NCBI GenBank assembly: GCA_051294375.1
Contig: JBJCIZ010001180.1
Location: 14,753-31,267, forward strand
DNA from: Paraspadella gotoi
Taxonomy: Eukaryota; Animalia; Chaetognatha
Length of the DNA: 16,515 nucleotides
Direction of reading: 5' to 3'
In this document: piece by piece, positions 6,403 to 16,515 of the stretch
Layout: each line of letters begins with the position of its first letter
How positions within the stretch are numbered: the first letter of the stretch is position 1
The notes under the pieces: generated by a model
The model's database searches: none
The model's input: the letters and a program-made list of their open reading frames with translations, nothing else
What the model was told of the DNA's origin: nothing
Made by a program: the position numbers and the translations under genes

Positions 6403-9245
6403 TTAGGACGAATAGCGCGCACAAAATCGATAAAGGAGAACAGTATTTAGCGCGCGATGAGAAAGGGCCATGGATGAGGGCATCGCTTCTCCCAGAAAAT
6501 TTAGGGCGCGACTGCAGAAAGAGCAGCCGGTAATCTTGAGGGCCAGAGTATTCATAGACGATTCCCAACCGAACTCATCACACAGATCAGAAGCATCAAC
6601 CCAATTGGGTAAGGAGCACTGAAGTCCACGTTGGAAAAAGTCAAAAAGTGGCGCTCGTTTAAAGATAAAAAACGACGAGAGTGAGCACGTTGTAATGTTT
6701 CTCCCATTGCGCTCATCAAAGTTACGGAAATTTTAGGAGCAAAGTGAAAAATTTTGTTTGCGCAATAGAAGGTTAAGAAATCTACTTGGGTTTGTTCCAG
6801 TCCAGGGAGCGGAGTATGGTAGAGGATGGCAACATTTCGGGAAGCTTCGAGCGCATTCTGGAATTCTCTCAAACGATTTTTCTCCTTGATGATGTTGCCA
6901 CATTCCTTGCCGTCTCGCAAACACGAGGTTAAGTCGTGCAGGCGCCTATTAAGAGGCCTCCCACAGGATGGAGAAAAGGCGTCGTACGGGGCATAAGGGA
7001 ATTTCTTGTAGAAAGGCCACGCATATCCAACAACAAAGCGGCAAATGTGGTGTTGGAATTCGCGATTCGGTCTGTGCAGACACGGAAAAGCCTTTCATTT
7101 CCCCTCTTGCCAATTATGTTTGCAAGCATGGAATAAATCCTGTTCTTCTGTCTCATGGCGAAAATAAGATTCGAGGATAATGTCCACACGTGACTTGCAG
7201 ACAATTCGTAGTAGATTGGAGGCAGATCGCTTTGGTGACTTCGCAGCATGTGCGAATGAAACGGCCAACGTTGTAGGGAGAAAATTTAACGTCGAAATCC
7301 AAGATATCGTCGATCAATGAAAAGAAATTGCATGTGTGCAACTTTTTGAGAATCAAAACCTTGTTGTCAAATGAGTCTATGACAAATTGGACAATAAGTG
7401 AGATTTCGTTTTTCTGAAAGTTTTTTGTAGCGCTTTTTAAAATGTTTGTTCGGCCACCACCATGAAGAAAATAATCAAAAGAAACAACAGCGGAGCAAGA
7501 AAAGTGCTCAAGCTGGACAAGGCCGTAGAGTACACTGGGCCAAAAATATTTTTAGCCAAGACGGCGCGCGACTAAGTCGTTCAGCCGACGAGCAGAGAAA
7601 AAGGTCATTATAGCCTTTACAAAGAGGAAGGCTTTTCGACGATTGGATTTGGTACGTTGAGGCATTTGGGCAAGAATTTCTACCCATTCTTCAATCGTTT
7701 AAAGGCGTTAATGCCTGAATTTTTCTCAAGTACCTCATCAGCTCCGTCTTTCTCAATTTGGCTATCACTTTAACAGATGTTTTTAGTTTTTGTGGTTGAT
7801 GGTGCTGGACGATGCGAGAATCGCGATTCTTTGTTTTGTACGTCTTGAGTTGTTCAGTAGATTTTGTCTTTGTTACTTCTTTCGTGGTAGTTGTTAAGAT
7901 GGTAGAGGAACATGTTTTGTCAGACTTTGTGTTTATTGTCGTTGTTGTTTCAGTTGAGGTAACCTGTGACGTTGCTGATGAATAGATTTCTGTCAGACGC
8001 TGGGAACGGCCGATTGATTTAGCGTCGACAAAGACAATTTCTTTTTGTCTTTCTTTTCAACTCTTTCGTTCTTAAGTTTGGCGAGCACGATTTGGCGTTT
8101 TATTTTTCTAATGGTTCTCTTCTTTTCTGGCTTCTTCAACACGAACTTGAAGTAATAAACGCTGTCTTCTAATGCCAAGCAATATGGTTTAAAATTGTCA
8201 TAAGGTGCTCCTCTCTCGTATGATTTTGCTATATCAAATAGATAACTTCCTGCGTAGGTCTTATCACGAATCGTCTGGGCAATGAGGTCGGAACTAAATC
8301 CAAGAACCTCGAGCAACTCGACGGTCGCATCTCTCGCTGCCTTGGCATCAAGCACTGCATAGTTGAGTGCACTTGGCGACAAAAAATTGCGTCTTTCGCC
8401 GAAGTCTGAACGATGATCACGGTGACAGCTTCGTTTGTCGAGGAATCTATTCTTAAACGCGAAATGAAAGAAAAATCCAAGCGAAACTTGAAACTCGGCT
8501 GTCCATGCGCGATACTGAACAAATTGGCGAAGATCACGGGACTCTCTGCTAAGCTTTGAGAAGGCCATAAAATCAGTGACGTCGATGATCCTGATTTTAT
8601 CGGCAAGCAGAGACGAGATGCAAAGCTTAGTGCATATTGTTAGGATGTCTTTATCGACCTCTTTACCAACGAAGACTGCGTTGGGATGGAAAAGAATTTC
8701 ACGAAGAACTGTAGGCGTCCCTTCTTGAAGGCAGGATTTTCCTTTGTGCGACTGTAATTGATAAATCGCATGGACCTCTTCGTTATCGATTGCTGCAGAC
8801 AGCTGCAGCGTTGAGCCGTTGTTTTCGGAGTCCAAACCAATGACGAGAGGGCATTTTGCTCTATCAAGAAGGTCAATGAAACGACGACCGACTTTCTTTT
8901 CATCGCTGTGAGTTCGTACATGAGCGATTTTTGACGGATGGAGCAATTCGAGAGCGAATTGTTTTCTCATTTCATAAAATTCATATTCTTCATATCGCGA
9001 TCGATCGTTAGTTTTGTCTTAGGCTCTTTAGCGCAAGGTGGAAGCTTTTCAATGTCAATGTCGACGTCGCTTAACTTTATGTCTTTAGGAATTTGTATCA
9101 ACACTTTCCCTGCTGCGCGGGCTCGTTACAAGAACTGGAGCCTGGAGGTCGGGGAGTGAGGCCGAAATGACGGAAGCAATGGCGAGTCCTGACTTGCGAG
9201 TTTGACCTTAAGTAGGCATTGTCCCATTGTCTTTCTTTTTCCCAT
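6403..9245 (-). CDS. Extra ORF (ORF3, ~945 codons, frameshifted as assembled): DEDDy 3'-5' exonuclease + Ser/Thr linker + helical region + degenerate second exonuclease-like domain
   Basis: ATG at 9245 (MGKRKTMGQ, context CAAAATG). ExoI GLDSE (DSE at 8832-8824), STLQLS, ExoII VGKEVDKD, IDVTD, LDK...SDF, ExoIII YAVLD (8361-8347). Then TSQVTSTETTTTINTKS..., and open segments that join by single-base shifts to ...ALSHRALNTVLLYRFCARYSS-TAA at 6405-6403, 28 nt before the PPT. The first exonuclease call is strong. Continuity as one ORF is inferred. Confidence 0.75.
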
Positions 9246-9780
9246 TTTGAAAAAGCTGATTAATTGGGGACTTGTATTGCGAATTAACTAGCTGAATGAA
9301 AAGGAATAAAATTCAGTTTAAATTAATAGCTCGATGTTTCAAAGGAATGAGACTAATTAGCAAAGCTTAACTCTATCAACAATTTCATTTGGCCAAAAAA
9401 ACTTCTAAGAAGGCCTGCAGGCTCTTAGTATATAATATATATTTATAATATTTTTTATTTATTTTACTAGGTTGTTTGTATTTTGTAGTTAAGTTCTCAA
9501 ATGTTAGAAGAATTCAATCGTCAGGCGTTGCGCGTCGCAGTCAGAACACAATCATACAATGTTATTTTTCTTGATTGTTTATTTCGGTTGTTTCAGTAAA
9601 AGCCAAATTCGAAGATGTGTTTCAGTCATTTGCAAATTCGAGTAAAATGAAAATTTGAGCTAATTTATTTTCGACATGATGAGAAAATGATCTGTTAAGA
9701 ACTACGTTATTGTAACTAACTTATGCAAATAAAAATAGTACAGGATATCTATGTACATAAAAATTTTACATAAAATTGAT

Positions 9781-11478
9781 TTAATCATCTTTTGGAGTAC
9801 TTGATAACAGAGGTTCTCCAGAAGGACGGCCGGTTGTGGTTGCCTCAGCCCGAAGCCTCTCACTTCGTCTTGCTACAAAATCTTGAGAGAATTTACTAAC
9901 TACAGATTTTCTTTTTTGTTCACTTCTCACTAAGGGATGAAAAAGGGAGGTGGGTTTTACTAGTGCTTTTCTCTAATGAATCTGGAGTAGCAATACCACC
10001 TCTTATTAAATCATCTTCAGAGAAAGGCAAAGGTAAATGCTTTCATCATAAGATTTAGAACGATTTCTAGAGTTAAGGTTAAATATTCCAGGGGAATCTA
10101 CATTATCTGCTTCAGATCAGTGACTCAGACATGGTTCTAACCTTCTCTAGTCCACAACGAATGTTTTGCTTACCAATGTCAGTTGTCAAAATATCCAATC
10201 TCTTACGTGCGTCATTAAGTCTGGAGGTTGCTGCTGTTGGAATTTCCTCCGGATAGAAAACATTATCATCTAATGCATCCTGAGGGTCTAGCACTTCAGG
10301 CATAAGATCTTCTTCATCTTGAGGGTCCTGTAGGGGGATAGCTGGACTTTGTGCAAGGATGGGTAAAGTTTCTTCCACTAAATGTGGGTGGGCCATAGTG
10401 GGGGGAATGTCTCCGTTATTTGAACCATCTATGACTGCAAACAGACTAGAAGGAATATCAAAATNNNNNNNNNNNNNNNNNNNNNNNNNCTTTTCTGTGG
10501 ACCGTATTTTCATTTAAATTCATTTACTTTTGCTGCAGTTCGGATCTTTTAGTTGTTCGCCGGTTTTTTCGACGCGTTACTTTCTTTTCCTTTATTATTA
10601 CTTCACATATGTATGACGTTACTGGCCTCCCTGAGGGCTTAAGTCAATCCCATTTTCCTTTAACCTACTATTTAAGAAGCCACCGCCAACGTCCTGGTTC
10701 TTAACCTTATTTTCGTCTCTATCCCGGATTCTTCGTAACCTTCTCGATTTCTCAGGGTCTCAATGGTGATGTTACCTATTTGCCTTTTCTATCTGTACCA
10801 TTCTTTCATCCTTAGGACTTTAGCTTTTTCTCTTGTTCTCGCTTCCATTCTTTAAACTTCCATTGCTCTCTTTGACTGTGCATTAGCTAGTTGAATCGTA
10901 TCGTTTAGAGTCTTGTGCTTTACTTTAATTTCGCTCACTCCGGCGTAGCTTAGTCTGGTTGGCAGTGGGGGGCCTTCTCCCAAAAAGAAGCGACTCGGAT
11001 ATATCCATTTTTCCGCCGTCCCCGTTGCTAATTGTATGCCACATTCTAGTTATGGCCATAGTGATCTATCTGATTTCTCCACATATCTGTGAAGCGCCAT
11101 TTGTAGTCTATTAATCAATGGTATACTATTTTTAGCCATTTCATCACATTTCTCTCTCGAAAATGGGAGTTCTTATAAGCTCACATTAGTTCGTCTTTTA
11201 TTCCAGACTCTACATGTAGCTGTCCCATCACCTCCTTGAATCACCAATTCTCCACCCACTTATCTGATGTGAGTCCTAGCTTTGGAGTGACCCAAAGCAT
11301 ACAAGTTCCTCCCCAAAGGCTTTTTGCCCCAATGCTATGGAATTTTGTTTTTAAGTTCCTATAGTTTTTATATATCCTTAAGAAGTCCCTTTACAAACCC
11401 CAGAACTATTTAAATTTACCAGGCACAGGAGCTGTAGTGCAAATCACCATAAACCCATTGGTGAAGATATTTTCGGCA
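9781..11478 (-). pseudogene. Second copy of the pol 3' end (integrase core plus tail); 10490-11478 is very noisy
   Basis: Colinear with 14572-16164 and has the same stop context (GAT GAT TAA at 9783-9781). After the 25-N gap, identity drops sharply with dense indels. Confidence 0.85.
10465..10489. other. Assembly gap (25 N)
   Basis: Run of 25 N. The other copy (about 15270-15290) is contiguous here, so the true gap is close to zero. Confidence 0.97.
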
Positions 11479-11479
11479 G

Positions 11480-13614
11480 ACTCCTCATCTCAAAGACACG
11501 GTGCGTACCCCTCCGCCTGCTGGGTTGCCGGGTTATCTGGTGTTGTGCGTGCGAGGTGGGGCGGGCCTTCTCTCAATTGATATGGTTGTAGCCTGACCCC
11601 AATGTTGTTCGATCGTGCACAGCGATTCCACGTGATTTTATCACCAATTTTGCCCCAATTTTTAGTTTGAGTGTTTGTGCGCCTGGGGCTCGGTATTGGG
11701 TGTGCGTGCCGGCGTATCGTTGCCAATAGGGTGGAGACGGCTATTAGCGTTCTATGCCTGTGTTTTCGCCCTTTTCGGAGTGGTTAGCTGGGTGTCTGTG
11801 TGTGCGACTGGGGCCCTCCCGGTAGGCGGTTGTGGTGCGGGTGGGTGGGGTGGTGTCGTGCGTAAAGACGGAGCACCTATGGCAACTCTTTTTGTGAAGG
11901 GTTGCTCCCCTTACAGGGATGTTATCATGGCGTGAACCTGTTGGAGGACAGCGAGTGGTTCTTCTATGGAAATCTTGACTCGGTAAAGGCACCCTGTAGA
12001 GATGCGCAGTTTTTTCAATTTTAGCTTGATACCATTTTGTGTTGGTGTGGGAAAGCTTAGGGGTGGTGCTTTCGTGGCTTTGACCGAGTTCCTATGACCT
12101 CCTGCAATTATGGAGTCTTCTTCCCTTGACACGCGTATCTTTACTGCACAACCCGTCTGATTCTTGCGAATTCAGCTTAGCGTACTTGATTCATCACTCA
12201 TTATTGCCTTAGAAGGGCCCATCTGTTGCTATTATCTTCCGTAAAGGGCGTGGATTCGTGCTTCTGTCGCGGTGGTACTCTTTCCTCACCTCTCCTACTC
12301 ATTCGTCGCGGTCTCAAGTCGGATCTTGCCTGTTTGTGAGAAGTCAAAATCATACTGATTATTCAATAGCCCATCTTTGCTGCGTCTGCCCGGATCTCTC
12401 TTAGCATCCCTCGTTTCGGCATCTCCTAATATAACTTTCTTCGCACGCGACAACAAAGGCTTCCGTCTCGGTGGTCGTGTGCTGGATATAGCGTTAAAGG
12501 GGAGGCATGTCTAAGATAGTGAGATTTAGTGGCCGCGAAGTAGGCTGCGTAAAGGATGTTTTCGCTCGACAAACTACAAGGATAGTTGACATTCCTTTGT
12601 TGTGGCACTTCACGACCAACTTTCCGCTTTTCGAGCACGTCATGCTGATACTGTACTCGCCCTCTTCCACCGTCAACCCTTTTGCGTTAAAAGATCTCAG
12701 TAGTCATACTAGTCAGAAGGCGGAGCTGCCCTCTTCCTTGTCTCTAAAGCGCTGGATTCGGCACCATGCTCGCCTTCGTTCGCCCTGCCTAGCTCTATTC
12801 TCAATTTTGTTCCAGGACAAAATATGTTCTCAAGCATCATTCAAAGGGCTTTTTGCTTGTTGCTCCTCCCTTTCCCCAGTTCCATTTCGGGCTGAACTGT
12901 CTATTGGGGTAATCTGCACAAGCAGGTGGCTGCCTGAGTTGCTATTGATGAGGTTTGAGCGAATTGATTGCGGCGCTCGGGCGCGCCGACCGGTCCTTGC
13001 CCGGTATGCCTGTAAAGGCCTCTAATCAAAATGTGTTTAGAGCCGTGAGTGAGCTTTTCATCGTGTTTAGGGGGGTTCCGATGGACGCGATTTTTCTTAT
13101 GTTTGTGGTGCTGGAGAGCTGTAATTACCTAACTCGAGATTAGTCTGTGCTCTCAAGATTGACTACGTTGAGTCATATGTAGCAGAAACTTGCATTTTAG
13201 AATGGGTTTATAAGTTTAGACCTGGTGGGCGTTTGAGGCAAGTATGAGTTACGTGGTGTCATATGGTCCTGGTGAGGTGATCCTCCGTGTTGATTGTTCT
13301 AGCGACTAAGTATATCATCCATATTGAATCTTTGTTATGTGCTTGTGTGAAGTCGTAGGCCTATTCCCTCCAACATCAAGCTTCGCATCAAAGAACTAAG
13401 GCAGCTGGGGTTGAGGTTTTGGTCCCATTGCGGCTCACTTTGGCTATTCCAGCGTGGCCACTAAATTTTGTTAGAAAATGCAAAATTTTGTCAATAATCT
13501 CCGTTCTCAGTGTGCATCATTTTGCAAAATCCTTTTTTAGTCGCTTAACGATTATGGTAAAATTATTTTGTGGAGTTTTTAATTCTCTAGGCTGTCATCT
13601 CTCACTCTTTCTGC
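11480..13614 (-). other. Unassigned ~2.1 kb GC-richer segment; possibly a highly degraded or noisy non-LTR (LINE) ORF1 or gag-like sequence
   Basis: No match to the integrase copy and no long clean ORF. Minus-strand fragments include SKSGKLVVKC and knuckle-like C(L)YR.QDFH...RCP and CHRCSVFTH. Weak evidence. Confidence 0.25.
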
Positions 13615-13720
13615 TATGACGTACCTGGGCCTCCCTGAGGGCTAAGGCATCTTTCTTTAACTATAATAGGCCCACGCCAGCGTGGTTCTAACTTATTTCG
13701 TCTTTCATCCGGGATTCTTT
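13615..13720 (-). pseudogene. Short third copy of the integrase GPY/F region
   Basis: Matches 15384-15487 and reads GPIIVKERCLSPQGGPGTS without the frameshift present at about 15415. Confidence 0.85.
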
Positions 13721-13820
13721 NNNNNNNNNNNNNNNNNNNNNNNNNNNNNNNNNNNNNNNNNNNNNNNNNNNNNNNNNNNNNNNNNNNNNNNNNNNNNNNN
13801 NNNNNNNNNNNNNNNNNNNN
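13721..13820. other. Assembly gap (100 N)
   Basis: Run of 100 N. Confidence 0.99.
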
Positions 13821-14004
13821 CGTCGCTTAACTTTATGTCTTTAGGAATTTGTATCAACACTTTCCCCTGCTGCGCGGGCTCGTTACCAAGAACTGGAGCC
13901 TGGAGGTCGGGGGAGTGAGGCCGAAATGACGGAAGCAATGGCGAGTCCTGACTTGCGAGTTTGACCTTAAGTAGGCATTGTCCCATTGTCTTTCTTTTTC
14001 CCAT
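13821..14004 (-). CDS. N-terminus of ORF3, second copy, cut by the gap
   Basis: MGKRKTMGQCLLKVKLASQDSPLLPSFRPHSPDLQAPVLGNEPAQQGKVLIQIPKDIKLSD. Matches 9065-9245 and is in frame where that copy lacks two C residues. Confidence 0.8.
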
Positions 14005-14571
14005 TTTGGAAAATAGCTGATTAATTGGGGACTTGTATTGCGAATTAACTAGCTGAATGAAAAGGAATAAAATTCAGTTTAAATTTAATAGCTCGATGTT
14101 TCAAAGGAATGAGACTAATTAGCAAAGCTTAACTCTATCAACAACATTGGCATTTTGGCCAAAAAACAATTTTCTAAGAAGGCCTGCAGGGCTAGTAGTT
14201 ATAAATATATTTATAATATGTTTTTTTTTTTTTTTTTTTTATTTTGTATTTTACTAGGTTTTGTTTGTATTTTGTAGTTAATGTCTCAAATGTTAGAAGA
14301 ATTCAATCGTCAGGCGTTGCGCGTCGCAGTCATGAACACAATCATACAATGTTATTTTTCTTGAGTTGTTTATTTCGGTTGTTTCAGGTAAAAGCCAAAT
14401 TCGAAGATGTTTCAGCATTTGCAAATTCGAGTAAAATGAAAATTTGAGCTAATTTATTTTCGGACATGATTGAAAAATGATCTGTTAAGAACTACGTTAT
14501 TGTAACTAACTGATGCAAATAAAAATAGTACAGGAATATCTATGTACATAAAAATTTTACATAAAATTGAT

Positions 14572-16515
14572 TTAATCATCTTTTGGAGTACTTGATAACA
14601 GAGGTTCTCCAGAAGTGGACGGGCCGGTTTGTTGGGTTGCACTGGCATTGGCCCGAAGCCTCTCACTTCGTCTTGCTACAAAATCTTGAGAGAATTTACT
14701 AACTACAGATTTTCTTTTTTTGTTCACTCTTCTCACTAAGGGATGAAGAGGGGGGTGGAGTGGTTTACTAGTGCTTTCTCTTAATGAATCTGGAGTAGCA
14801 ATACCACCTCTTATTAAATCATCTTCAGAGAAAGGAGTAAAGGCTTCATCATAAGATTTAGAACGATTTCTAGAGTTGAGGTTAAATATTCCAGGGGAAT
14901 CTACATTATCTGCTTCAAACGATTCTAAGATCAGTGACTCAGAATGGTTCTAACCTTCTCTAGTCCACAACGAATGTTTTGCTTACCAGTATCAGTTGTC
15001 AAAATATCCAATCTCTTACGTGCGTCATTAAGTCTGGAGGTTGCTGCTGTTGGAATTTCCTCCGGATAGAAAACATTATCATCTAATGCATCCTGAGGGT
15101 CTTGCACTTCAGGCATAAGATCTTCTTCATCTCGAAAGTCGGGTAGTGGGATAGCTGGGATTTGTGCAAGGATGGGTAAAGTTTCTTCCACTAAATGTGG
15201 TTGGGCCATAGTGGGGGGAATGTCTCTGTTATTTGAACCATTTATGACTGCAAACAGACTAGAAGAATATCAAAATCATTTTCTTGGACCGGTATTTTCA
15301 TTAATTCATTGTACTTTGCATTTACGATTTTTAGTTGTTCGCGGTTTCGGCGTACTTTCTTTCCTTTATTATCTTCACATATGTATGACGTACCTGGGCC
15401 TCCCTGAGGGCTAAGGTCTTTCCTTAACTATAATAGGCCCACGCCAACGTGGTTCTAACTTATTTCGTCTTTCATCCGGGATTCTTTCGTAAACTTGATC
15501 TCCGGGTTCAAGTGATTTACCTTTTGCTTTTCTATTGTACCATTCTTCATCCTTAGACTTTTTAGCTTTTTCTCTTGTTCTGGCTTCTTCTTTAACTTCA
15601 TTTGCTTTTTGACGCATAGCTTGAACGTATTCGTTTAGAGTCTTGTGCTTTACTTTAATTTCGCCTCCGCTAGATAGCTGGGGCAGTGGCGGAGGCCTTC
15701 CAAAAAAGAGCAGGAATGGGGATATATCATTTTTCGCGACGGGGGTGGTATTGTATGCCCATTCTACGTATGGCAAGTGATCTATCCATGATTTTCCATA
15801 CTGTTGAAGACGCTTTGTAAGGTCTTTAATCAAGGTTCTATTTTGCCTTTCTACATTTCCTTGAGATTGGGGTCTATAAGCTACACTAGTCCGTTTCTTA
15901 GTTCCAAGGACTCTACATGTAGCGTCCATCACCTCTGAAACAAATTCTCCACCATTATCTGATGTGAGTCGCTTTGGAGGACCCGCAAAGCATACAAGGT
16001 TCTCAAAGGCTTTTGCAATGCCTATGGAATTTTTGTTTTTAAGTTTATATAGTTTTATATATCCTGAGAAAACGTCTTTAAAAACCAGAACATATTTAAA
16101 GTTACCAGGGGCCACAGGGAGTTGTAGCAAATCACAAACAACATGGTCGAAGACATTTTCGGCAATGATAGGTTGTAGTACAGTTTTTACTTTTGGCACA
16201 GGTTCACGTATTTTATCACAAATTTTGCAATTTTTAGTAAACTCGGCAACATCTTTCCCAATAGTGGGCCAGATGGCATAGCGTTTTATCTTGTCTTGCA
16301 TTTTGGTATTACTTGGATGGCCGGCAAAGACGGAACCATGGGAATCTTTTAGAACTTCCTTGACAAGATTATCAGGCAGAACTGCTTGGAGGACAGGCGA
16401 GTGGATGCCCTTATTGAAACCTTTACGGTATAAGGCACCCTTTAGAATGACAAGTCTTTTAAAATTCTTAAGATACCATTTTTCGGGAAAAGCTCTAGGT
16501 GGTCGCTTCCTGGCT
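14572..16515 (-). CDS. pol: pol 3' end: Ty3/Gypsy integrase with a ~280-aa C-terminal extension (frameshifted as assembled); 5'-partial
   Basis: The frame is open from the window end. HHCC finger (DSHGSVFAGHP...NCKICD), catalytic VVCDLL / SDNGGEF / GNVERQNR with exact D-35-E spacing, AYNTT...SPFLLFFGRPP, and GPY/F-like KLEPRWRGP. The TAG at 15411 appears to be a frameshift artefact: the reading continues LSPQGGPGTSYICEDNKGRKY...REQLK...DIP...RRSERLRA...STPKDD-TAA at 14574-14572. Confidence 0.93.

Larger units (their letters stand above)
5977..16515 (-). mobile_element. Ty3/Gypsy (Metaviridae-type) LTR retrotransposon, 3' half, with internal duplication and gaps; carries an extra exonuclease ORF
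   Basis: Integrase is last in pol, followed by an extra ORF, PPT and LTR in the expected order on the minus strand. Segment 9065-11478 is repeated at 13821-16164. gag, RT and the 5' LTR lie outside the window. Confidence 0.9.

Noticed and set aside
7993-9130. Programmed ribosomal frameshifting or true pseudogenisation to explain the broken frames
   Set aside because: Indels differ between copies and often fall in homopolymers, which fits sequencing error better. Real decay cannot be fully excluded.
6403-9245. ORF3 as an env gene, or as a prokaryotic defence nuclease or DNA polymerase proofreading domain
   Set aside because: No signal peptide or transmembrane anchor was seen and there are no polymerase motifs. 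The ORF sits between a Gypsy integrase and a PPT/LTR in spliced eukaryotic DNA.
12507-13025. 172-aa plus-strand ORF
   Set aside because: No recognisable domain. It lies in the noisy segment and is probably a chance or antisense frame.
14221-14240. T20 run as the poly(A) tail of a separate retroposed insertion
   Set aside because: Flanks are colinear with the other copy, which has a short T run at the same place (about 9451-9456). No TSD or inserted body is present.
14931-15209. Separate small gene between pol and ORF3 (also 10112-10513)
   Set aside because: It joins the integrase frame upstream and the RRSERLRA tail downstream once copy-specific indels are corrected.
15172-16281. Plus-strand ORFs 15172-15414 and 15964-16281
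   Set aside because: Antisense shadows of the integrase frame.

Overview
Eukaryotic (probably invertebrate animal) genomic DNA from an error-rich, gapped assembly, with three N gaps and many single-base indels. The left part (956-5976) is AT-rich host sequence: (GA)n microsatellites, tandem and inverted repeats, and the first coding exon of a GH29 alpha-L-fucosidase-like gene (4522-4825, +). From 5977 to the window end lies the 3' half of a Ty3/Gypsy LTR retrotransposon on the minus strand. In its reading direction the order is: integrase (HHCC, D-D35-E, GPY/F-like) with a long acidic tail, a ~0.55 kb spacer, an extra ~945-codon ORF in the env position, a hairpin, the polypurine tract and a 382-bp 3' LTR. 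The extra ORF is not env-like. Reconstructed across frameshifts it encodes an apparently active DEDDy (WRN/Mut-7/RNase D-type) 3'-5' exonuclease, a Ser/Thr-rich linker, a helical region reminiscent of Mut-7/Nibbler, and a second exonuclease-like domain lacking its catalytic residues. This active plus pseudo-nuclease cargo is the main candidate for an undescribed system. Parts of the element occur two or three times in the window (one copy inverted at 1-855), and the copies correct each other's frameshifts. All translations across frameshifts were done by hand, and no searches were run.
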